A stretch of DNA of 63,991 bases, the filler included, from Rozella allomycis CSF55 (lineage: Eukaryota), in the NCBI GenBank assembly GCA_000442015.1. It is 14 parts of 14 records of this genome, joined end to end, with 100 filler letters (N's around TTAATTAATTAA, not from the genome) between each part and the next. Parts side by side here need not be neighbours in the genome. Positions count along the whole stretch, not along the records: positions 52,874 to 56,301 come from KE560510.1; positions 56,402 to 58,170 come from KE560511.1; positions 58,271 to 63,991 come from KE560514.1; 11 more parts are not named here. The stretch is one strand, 5' to 3'. The notes beneath the pieces are model-generated. The model did no database searches. It was not told the origin of the DNA and saw only the letters and a program-made list of their open reading frames with translations. The position numbers were made by a program, and so were the translations under genes. Within the stretch, counting starts at the first letter, position 1, and each line of letters opens with the position of its first letter. Of this stretch, positions 54,465 to 63,991 are shown one piece after another.

Positions 54465-54909
54465 AATGACATTTTAAAACATTATATTGACCCACACTAT
54501 AATGGGTCGGAATTTGTTGCTTTAAAATCGTTGGCAGGTTGCCCTTCTCGAGCGGTACACTGAGACTATTTTTACTCAAGAAAACCATTATTGGACGGAT
54601 ACAAAGACAATTATCCAATCGGTGCAATTCTTGCTCTTGACAATCACACAAATCTTAACGTTTTCAAGGGTAGACTCAATAAAATTTCAGCTATAGAAAG
54701 GTATGATGAAAACAATCCATGTTGCAAAAGGAAGCAATATCTTTTTCCGTGGGTTTTTTCCACACTCCGGAGGATCTTATAAGGATGAAAATTTGAGGAT
54801 CCATTTCCTCTGCTCGCATCAGAACCACACTGTCGACACTGTGTGTAATCAAATAGTAGACTTTGTTAATGATGACATATCAGACACTGATTACGAAATT
54901 AATCAATAA
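54465..54909 (+). pseudogene. Frameshifted PhyH/2OG-Fe(II) dioxygenase-like fragment
   Basis: PIGAILAL..TNLNVF then, in another frame, IHVAKGSNIFFRGFFPHSGGSY..NLRIH. Confidence 0.35.
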
Positions 54910-56636
54910 TAGATCTTTTATTTAATTTATAGCAATTCCCTTTTTCCACATTGCAGGTCCTAATATTTATAAATAACTTTTCTTCTTAGCCACTGTCACA
55001 AAGACGTGACACTACCGTGACAAAAATTCATCCAATAAGGTCCCGGTTTTCTACAAGGGGTGTGCCACACCCGGGGTGATTTTGTCGTTGGCCGTCTTGT
55101 TGTGTTAAATTATTTAGGAAGAATTGTTTGACTGGTATCTTAAATAAATATTTGCCTTTGCTCTTTAGTGCTTTTTCCCCTAGATTGGTGTGAGTCGTGT
55201 GATTTTGTTGTGTTTCCATCGGATTTTGATGATGTTGTTTAATTGTATTGTTTCGTAATTGAAACGCGTTGGGTATTTAGTAGATTTTTCATCATTGAAC
55301 GGTCTGAGAAAATTGAATTTGTTCGACCCTTTGTGAACGCAAGACCTTTGGTCCTGCCTGATGTGAACGCCTGGCGTTGAGCTCTGCCTACAATAACTAT
55401 TACAGGGATTAATATCCTCTGTAATACTGATAGATTTTTTGTGAACTGGGATAGACCCACGGAGTGAACGGTTAGACCTTCTAAAGGTCCACTGTGAAGT
55501 CACCGTAGCCTCTTCAGGAGGTTTCCCCATAATGNCGTAGCCTCTTCAGGAGGTTTCCCCATAATGATTATTAAACCGAAGCAAGGAAATGAGCTTGGCA
55601 TGCTCGGGATCCACTGTTACAGACAAAAGAAAGGTTGGTCGAAAAAAGAAATTTCATACGGAAATTTTCAGATGTGAATATTGTCGCACGCATTACAGAT
55701 AACATGCAGCTCGTGACATCGATAATGTGTAAGTGATAAAACTAAACGTCAATTAATAAACAAACATATTACTGAACTAAATTAGATACTGTAGGTATTG
55801 TTCGCATGTAGCCCTTGTGGAATACGCGATACTTCGCGCACATATAATTTGCGCGAAACGGAATCACAAAACTTAACCTTAAATGCAGAAGCAATACCTA
55901 CCCCGATTCCCAACTATTTAGACAAACCTCTAGTGATTTTTTAGCATCAGATAACAAGAAATATATCCCTCACGCATTTTTTTCTGTAATATTGTATTCT
56001 GAATACCTGGCCGAATATTTTGGACTTCCAGTAAGTACTAAGAAACTGCCTCAAAAAATGATCATTCTCCAATGTTGCCCATGCGCATAAAGGATTAAAT
56101 TCACTTTGGCGAGTTAGCGATCGGGCCACGGACTCGTGGTTGTGTGAAAATAATCTAAGTAAATGTTTTGTTTCCTTTATCCTTAAATATTCTCTCATCG
56201 CGTTGCAATTACTCCTTAATGTTGTTGAGGCCGCTCTCTTAAGATCCATCCTTGTGTATAAAAAGAAGTGAACGTTAAAGGTAATTTATTGAATTTATGC
56301 TNNNNNNNNNNNNNNNNNNNNNNNNNNNNNNNNNNNNNNNNNNNNTTAATTAATTAANNNNNNNNNNNNNNNNNNNNNNNNNNNNNNNNNNNNNNNNNNN
56401 NGTGAGAGCAGCCGGATTGCTAACTCTATCACTTCCAACAGATCTTACCTTCCCCGCAGTTCTCCTTCATAATGGACGGGATAATGTAGTGGCTAAGGTT
56501 AAGATTTAATGGGCTGCTAATATAGCAAAGGGTAAAAAACCGAATTACCAATAGATGCGAGAAAGGCTAAAGGAAGAAAAATTATTTAGATCCTGATAAT
56601 AACGTGAGCGATTCTTTGCTCGATGAAAAGCGAAAA

Positions 56637-58170
56637 TTAATTTATTATTAATGACAACGTTCTATTGCTATGCAATAAAACACTGTCCAGTGCGTTTTTG
56701 CAATTGAACGTGACGTTTGGATTACCGGAAAGATCAAGGACTTTTAGTGAAGGCATTTTAGCGATGGAGGAAGCTAAAAGACTGCAATGGCTATCACTAA
56801 AATTGCTGTTTCTGATCTTTAACTTTGATAAGCTGGGCCAATTGCTAACAGAGAATGAATAAATATCTTCATTGTCGCTGATTTTTATTTGGTTAAATTT
56901 TATCATGATTAAAGAATTTGTAAATCTTCTTACTACCTTCAGAGCAGAAGCCAAACTTTGACGAGAAAACGAAATGAGTTTGGGGTCTCCATTAAGCAAC
57001 TCTGGATTTTCAAATGTGCAGTTTTCAAAAGAATATTTAATGATGTAAGGAAATTGAAAATTTTCAAATTGGACAATGGAATCAATGAACTTCATAGAAT
57101 GCACAAAAGAGCTCGATATTTTAAAGCTATTGGGGACATTAACGAGTGGCAAAATCTCATTTTTCACCGACATTAATGTAGTAGACTTTGTCGGTAATAC
57201 TCTTTCATCGGGAAAAGTATATGAGCATCCCATAGTAAGAGTATTCAGGTTAAACTTTTTCAACTTGTTAGAGGCACACCAATCGATAGATAAGCGTCTT
57301 AATTTTCTTGATTGTAAACAGTTCAAGTCAATTCCTGCTTCCCGATCCAAACCTTTTAGCTTAATATATTCCAAATTGTTCATACCCATGAATGAAGAGC
57401 ATAAAATTTCAACATTTTCAACCCTTGAATTTAAAACCTTTAGATATTTCAAATTCTTAAGTAATGCAATAATTTTGTCAATTCCGTCAACGTTTTGTGC
57501 GGAAAAATATTCAATATCCTGGTAATGATTACTTAAATATTCAATCAGGGATATCCTAGCTCTTTTAGGTAAATCCATCAAATTTAAGGCATCACAATGA
57601 AAAGGGCCTTCTTTTGGAACAAAATTAAATCGAACTATTGAATTCTTCGGTTTTACGCTATCGATTAACCCTTCAAGTCTATTCAACGAATGTTCATCCG
57701 TAAAATCAATTAATACCATTTCGTAGTCGATTCTTCCATCAAGATAGCGTAGACATTCAACCGTTGGGTTAATTATTCGATTTCTTGTTTGCATAACGCC
57801 AAACTCATAGAATCTTGTGATCGTACAAGGCCTTCTTTTCAAAAGCACTTTTGATGCCTTTGTTTTCGTAATTAAAACTTGCAATATTCTTTTCAAAAAT
57901 TCTTTGGTCTCCTTTTGAAGTAAGATTCCGTCTTCCTTAGCTAAAAAGTCCTTATATTGTAAAATGTCACTTATTCCTTTTAGTCGATCAATCAGCTCCT
58001 TTCTTAAAAGCCTAAAATTAACATTCACATCCTTAACACTCACATCACAAATACCTCCATCAAACTTCGTGGCAAAACATTTCCGATCTTGAGGCACAAA
58101 ATCAACTTGATGGGCTTTAATCAAACTATCGATCCTCTCATTATAGCTTATTAAACGATTTGTGTCAATC
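56637..58170 (-). CDS. Intronless RNI-like leucine-rich-repeat protein, 5' partial
   Basis: 495-aa ORF with LKYLKV, LEYIKL, LSKLKIRNS and LKVLDLSGNP repeats. Confidence 0.7.
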
Positions 58171-58350
58171 NNNNNNNNNNNNNNNNNNNNNNNNNNNNNN
58201 NNNNNNNNNNNNNNTTAATTAATTAANNNNNNNNNNNNNNNNNNNNNNNNNNNNNNNNNNNNNNNNNNNNTGGCCGTGAATATTGTCCACCAAGGCAATT
58301 TGGGTGAATTAAGAATCGTCGCTAAATCAAATTCACACCAAGGATACATG

Positions 58351-58926
58351 TTACAGTGTGCAGCTTCCCAAGATGGGGATTCCCAGTGTCGGTCGCCAAC
58401 TGAAGAATTCTAATTTCTGCAGAAATTCGACTCGTGTGATAATTGTTGGAAATAGTTTTTCTTGCGAAAGCACAGTTCCCTTCAAAGACCTTTTGCCTCG
58501 GAGCCTTTGGGAAGCGTCCAACACAAAGGGTACTGAACTACGCGGGCCCAAGATCTTGTATTTTTGTTCTTTAAAAGATTCAGCTAACAAAGCAGATTGA
58601 GCAAGCAGAAAATTTTGTGTGAACTTGGGGGACCATTTCAGATTCTTTACAAGGTCATCCTCTTCTAAAGGAAGATCGCTATCAAAGACCCCAGCCATCA
58701 CAAATTCTACAATAATTCTGTTCTCGATATTTGAAGAAGAATCGATGATAGAGAAGGTTTCGGGTAAGTGTTTAACGATACAGTCGCCGATGGTCAAAGA
58801 AGGGTCATAATGTTTATATAGGGCGCTGAAATTCACCGCAGGGCAAGCTTTAGAAAGATCTTGGAGACCGCCGCATAACTGAGTCGCCAACCTAAGAATT
58901 TTAATTTCTGCAGAAATTCGACTCAT
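58351..58926 (-). CDS. Hypothetical ORF bracketed by a diverged ~100-bp direct repeat
   Basis: 191-aa ORF; repeat copies at ~58392-58495 and ~58883-58986. Confidence 0.35.
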   Translation of the reverse strand: MSRISAEIKILRLATQLCGGLQDLSKACPAVNFSALYKHYDPSLTIGDCIVKHLPETFSIIDSSSNIENRIIVEFVMAGVFDSDLPLEEDDLVKNLKWSPKFTQNFLLAQSALLAESFKEQKYKILGPRSSVPFVLDASQRLRGKRSLKGTVLSQEKLFPTIITRVEFLQKLEFFSWRPTLGIPILGSCTL

Positions 58927-59050
58927 GTCATAATTTTTTGAAATGATTTTTCTTGCGAAAGTACAGTTGCCTTCAAGGACCTTGTTTCATAAATGTAGCC
59001 TTTTTAAATTTCCTCATGGTCCGGACTCCGGAGCAACGCCACCACCGTTA

Positions 59051-59842
59051 ATGGACACAAGAATAGTACATTTAGTTGAAAAATGGGTAAAGTTTACGAA
59101 TACAATTGTTGGACGCGACAAGTTGCTACGATTAATCCAATACTTTTCTCGCTTTTTAATCCATTACCATACTTTTAAATCAAATTTTGACATTGCACCT
59201 CTCCAAAAAATGCAATCTGCCATCGGTTTAACCAGGAAGCGTAATATTCTATGTTTTGAAGAAATAGTTTTGAGAGCAGGGAATAGCATAAACTTTATCA
59301 TGTCATTCATTAGATCATACATATCGATTAGGGATGACTTGGCAAGATACTTGGCAATGGCTAAATCGCTAAGTTATGCCTCCTTTTTAATGTACGATTT
59401 AAAATTATGGGTAAGAAATAATGCTTTTCAATTTCAGCTTCATGGGTCAGGTACTGTTCCTATCCCTAATACAATCTCATCAGTTAATAGGAGGGCTGCT
59501 TGGTGGTGGCTAATGGGTTTGATCTCTTCTTGGCTTTTGTGTCTGCATAAGTACAGATTGTATGCCATAAAAGCAAATATGAATACCAAAGCAATAGATA
59601 GTAAGGATCCATCATTATCTGAACCCGCCAAGAAAACTGCACATCACCTTACAGAGTAAAAACAAATGTGAAAGTTAAGCAGGGAACGCAATCAAATCTT
59701 GCGAGATTGGATCAGTGCCACCGTCGATATCTTGATACCTTCAAACACATTAGGCTATATTCCTACGAATCTTGGAGTCGTTGGTATTTCGGGTACAATA
59801 TCATCCCTATTTGGAATTTATTCCAATTGGCCTGCACAATAA
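59051..59842 (+). CDS. PEX11: Peroxisomal biogenesis factor 11
   Basis: GRDKLLRLIQYFSRFL; two in-frame 27-nt introns are read through by the ORF track. Confidence 0.92.
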
Positions 59843-60231
59843 ATACCAATTCATTTATTCATGTTTTGAAGTTCTAAGCCCCAGATTCCATAAACTTCTT
59901 TTTTGATAATGACTCGGGGGAACCAGAGGGAAATGGATAGGTTAAAAAATTTGAAAAAGCAACAAAGTAAAAGCAAACAGACAAACTTGAGTGGTACATC
60001 ACTACAAAAGAAAAAGGAATCGTAACACTACATTCATGATGATATAACATAGGGACGCTGAAATAATGAGGCAAAAACAGTTAAAAGCTNTTTGAGTGGT
60101 ACATCGCTACAAAAGAAAAAGGAATCGTAGGATAACATTCTTGTGATATAACATAGGGACGCTGAAATAATGAGGCAAAAACAGTTAAAAGCTTTAGAAA
60201 AGAAATCTGGAAGCGAAAATCAAAAGTAAAT

Positions 60232-60777
60232 TTAGTCATCTTGTATTTCGTCGATTGGTATTTCTGAACCCTGTGTTTCAAGTAGCTCATTTTCTTTCTG
60301 TTCTTGAGCATCTTCTAGATTTTCTTGCAAGTTATCTTCTGATTTCTCCTCATAAGACTCTGCCTCTAGATCATGACTTTGATTCTCCTGAATGCCACCA
60401 GCTCTCGACTCATTCTGAAGTTTTAATTCTAAGTCTCTCTGAGCAGCTATGTATCCAGTTTGATATCCCGCTTTATACCATGTCATTATTAAGCTATTTA
60501 ACGACGGATCTCGAGTCATATCGAAATAGGCATCGTTTTGTTCACTAATTTCTAAATTATCCAAATTTTCATTCTCATTCAGGTCGCTAATTTTATCTTG
60601 CCTGGCTTTTTTTCGCATTGGCTCCAGATCAATGCTCTCATGGTGAGAACCTTGCTAAGAATAGCTTTTACAAAGTAATCATACCTTTGCTAGTCTGACA
60701 CTCTCGTCCCATGCCTTTATAAGCTCTGTATCATCCCAAAATTGAGGATCATACGAGAACTGAAAATTTGTGGACAT
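60232..60777 (-). CDS. SMN1: Survival-motor-neuron (SMN/Yab8) orthologue
   Basis: WDDTELIKAWD (Gemin2-binding) and YG box SLIMTWYKAGYQTGY; one intron. Confidence 0.88.
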
Positions 60778-60810
60778 TTTTTAGACGTTGAATTTTCATC
60801 TTTTTTGGAA

Positions 60811-61608
60811 ATGACAAAGCCTTTTCCAGCCAATGTTCCAATTCATATAATTAAGAAAACAAAGGACTTTTTGTTTGTTGTTAAACCTCATGGTGTAAAG
60901 AGTACTGAGAATTGTCCTAATTCAATCACACGGGAGCCTTCTCTAGCGCACTATTTAGAGAGACAATTGAAGGCAGAAGAATTTAAATATGAAGTTTTGG
61001 AACCATGTTATGGAATTTCAAAGAATTCTCATGGGATAATGGCCTATATTCATAATTATAACACACTGGAAAGATTTAAAAGCGGGGAGATATCGTTTAT
61101 GAAGCATTATGCCGCTTTGGTACATTCTAGTCCTGTAGAAAAGGAAGGAATTATTCGATTGCCTATTAGAAACAGCAAAATCGACTTTAAAGGCGATGAG
61201 GCAGAAACATACTATAGGGTGGAAAACAGACTAACTGATAAATATTCATTGCTTCATGTTGCATGTAAGACTAATATTAGCAATCAAATTGAACTACACT
61301 TGGATCATTTGAAGTGTCCATTAATTGGAGATAATATCGCAGCATATAAAGCGGAAAATGGGATGCTTCGAGAAGAGCTTAGTATAAAGGATTTTCCAAA
61401 ATTTCTCAGTTTATGTACCGTCGATGTAAGTGATATCCAAGGTAGCATTGATTTTACATTGTCGTATTCCACTTCCGACGTATTCTCGTACCTTCTTGGA
61501 AATCTGCGATTGCGTCTAGATTATGAAGCTAAAAAGAAGAGGAGGTCAGAAACAATTAAAAAGCACAAAATAACAATAGAAAACTTTTTCTCGAAGACAA
61601 TGCAGTAA
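60811..61608 (+). CDS. RluA/RPUSD-family pseudouridine-synthase-like protein, catalytic motif degenerate
   Basis: VVKPHG, KHYAALV, AETYYRV, NQIELHL..LKCPLIGD; HRLD position reads YGIS. Confidence 0.75.
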   Translation: MTKPFPANVPIHIIKKTKDFLFVVKPHGVKSTENCPNSITREPSLAHYLERQLKAEEFKYEVLEPCYGISKNSHGIMAYIHNYNTLERFKSGEISFMKHYAALVHSSPVEKEGIIRLPIRNSKIDFKGDEAETYYRVENRLTDKYSLLHVACKTNISNQIELHLDHLKCPLIGDNIAAYKAENGMLREELSIKDFPKFLSLCTVDVSDIQGSIDFTLSYSTSDVFSYLLGNLRLRLDYEAKKKRRSETIKKHKITIENFFSKTMQ

Positions 61609-61707
61609 TTTATTAAGATAAATTTCAAACTATCAAATAAATTCGTGATGATTATGTCAAAACTATTTTAATATTTATTATGCATTAAATTTTTGAAGCA
61701 GTGATAG

Positions 61708-62896
61708 TTATTGTCCCTTCATNNNNNNNNNNNNNNNNNNNNNNNNNNNNNNNNGAAATATGAGTGGTAGTCTTATGTGGACTTGACACGGCAAATCCCA
61801 TATCTCTTGTAGTATGCATGACAATACATTCCTATACATTAAGCGAAATGCTATTACTCTCTTTAAACCACTTTCTTTGTCTTGATGAAGAAGTAAAATA
61901 CCACCTTCCGGCTTTCGGTCGCGAAAAAATATAGATTGATAAAAAAATTCTTTAAAAAGAGTCTCAGACTCGGTAAATTCTAAGTTTCCTCCCAAAACTG
62001 TCTCCGGAATGAACGAAGCAATCCTTGTAAGTATCAAATCCTCGCCTCTTCCGGTTGAACATGAACCAATTGAACGCCTGCCTTTTTGCTGAGACCAGCA
62101 CCCACATCCATACTGAGAAGACTAAGTAATTAATTAATAAATGCAATACTGGGCCAAGTCTGCCGGGTAATTTCAAACTTACTCCACCACTAGAAGTTGC
62201 AGTGACCACAAATCCATTCTCATCTATGGCAATCACACCGATGGTGTCGTACATGTTACCAGAATCATTATTGTCAATAATAGACTTGTATTTTTTAAAT
62301 CTTTTGGTGGAATTTTCAAAATGTTTGGTGGATATTTAAGTATTACCTGTAAAAAGCTCTGAATTTCGCTTGATAGTTTCAATGCCGGTTTGAAGCGCAA
62401 AGTCATCAGCACCTTTACCTACTAAACATCTGAGCTTTATGATTTAAGATAAAAATTACAAAGGCGGTGAGCGGCCATTGGTTCTTGCTTCAGGAGACGA
62501 TGAATAGTCCAATAGAGCTTTGGCTAATTTAATAGGATTTTTAACGACTAGATTTAATTAATTTAAATTATAATTACCGGTCACTGCGCCAACTGAAGCG
62601 AATGGATATCCAGTGGACAATTTCGATGTCATTATTGATGATTCACACTCCACATTTCCATCGGCAGTTCTATTAGATCCTTTACCTGCATTAGTCAATT
62701 CACTGTTCAATTATTCTAACACAATTTAATTTACTTCGAGGTAGCACATGACTTCAACCACTATATTTTCAAGATCACAGTTTTTCTTGACTAAACTCTG
62801 ACCATAGTTTAAAGCATTCTTCATCAAATCTGTATACTCTTTCTCCCTTTTATATGAGAGCTCTCCAGCCCCAATGTGACAAGCTATTACTACCAT
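61708..62896 (-). CDS. TASP1: Threonine aspartase (taspase 1)/type-2 asparaginase; N gap near the 3' end
   Basis: [42 protein letters not shown]; two introns apparently GT-TG. Confidence 0.88.
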
Positions 62897-62917
62897 TGCA
62901 CTCTAGAGTGGCTTAAC

Positions 62918-63881
62918 ATGGGAAAAAGTTCAAAAGACAAGCGCGACATTTATTATAGATTGGCAAAGGAAGAAGGGTGGAGAGCTCGAAGCGCGTTCAA
63001 ACTCTTACAAATAGATGAAGAATTTCAAATTTTCGAGAATGTTAAAAGAGCTGTTGATCTATGTGCGGCACCTGGAAGTTGGTCACAAGTTCTTTCAAAA
63101 AAGTTATAGTAATTTATTTAATTTATTTTGACAGTAACGAAGAAAAACCTGGCGATTCCACCACTATTGTTGCGGTAGATTTACAATCGATGGCTCCATT
63201 ACCCGGCGTGATCCAATTACAGGGCGATATCACAAAAACTTCTACTGCGGAAGCAATAATTTCTCATTTCAAAGGTGAATTGGCGGATCTGGTTGTTTGT
63301 GACGGTGCTCCGTAAGTGTTTTAGACAATACATATTAGTGATGTCACAGGACTCCATGACCTAGACGAGTATATCCAAGCCCAGCTCCTTCTTGCAGCAT
63401 TAAACATAACCACACATGTTTTAAAACCTTCAGGGACTTTTGTCGCGAAAATATTTAGAGGAAAAGATGTAAATATTTTGTTTGCTCAGTTGCGTGTTTT
63501 CTTTAAAGAAGTGTACTGTGCTAAACCTCGAAGTAGTAGAGATTCAAGTATTGGTAACAATATCTATACCGATGTTAAAAAGAATCATTTGTTGTCTGCA
63601 TCGGTTACAATCCTCCTAAAGGCTACAAACCTGTGATGCTAGATCCGTTTCTAGATCCAACTCCTGAGTTTTTTGAACAACTTGAAGGTGTAAATAGAGA
63701 AGTTGTGCCTTTTGTCGCATGTGGGGATCTTAGCTCTTTTGACTCTGACAGAACGTATCCATTGGAAATTGATGGGAAAACTTATGAGTTAAAAGAACCC
63801 TTGCAATCGCCAATAGACGCTCCTTATAAAACAATGTTAGAAATGAAAAGGAACAACAAGTTTAATTTAGAGTCACAATAA
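62918..63881 (+). CDS. TRM7: tRNA (C32/G34) 2'-O-methyltransferase (FTSJ1)
   Basis: [58 protein letters not shown]. Confidence 0.97.
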
Positions 63882-63991
63882 AATCAAGTCTTGTTGTTTA
63901 TGATTAATATTATGTATTATTGTAGATATCTTTAAAAGGGATGGCTTTTAAAAAAGCCGAATTAATTAGATTGTTCGCTTATTTAGCACCA

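Overview
AT-rich, very compact eukaryotic DNA. It is not one locus: 14 contigs are joined by 13 artificial 100-nt N44-TTAATTAATTAA-N44 spacers, so synteny across spacers means nothing. The genes are fungal/opisthokont-like and carry many tiny introns (mostly ~25-32 nt). A flagellar gene (CFAP61), Spindly and a TMC channel point to an early-diverging zoosporic fungus. My best guess is a Rozella-like cryptomycete (inference only). The window holds about 35 housekeeping or hypothetical genes plus decayed hAT, Mutator, Ty3/gypsy and copia-like elements. The most striking signal is four tiny GT-TG introns, two in a STE20 kinase and two in a taspase gene, where a TG acceptor restores conserved protein and no AG does so at normal intron length. 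This suggests distance-based 3' splice-site choice. Other highlights are a mitochondrially targeted bacterial-type EF-P, an intronless signal-peptide AIG1-like GTPase (candidate effector), an intronless candidate HGT membrane gene, 14 NPYA repeats in RPA1, an RluA-family protein lacking the catalytic Asp, and head-to-head genes with start codons only 21-34 bp apart. All family calls come from motif recognition without database searches, and exon boundaries were read by eye.
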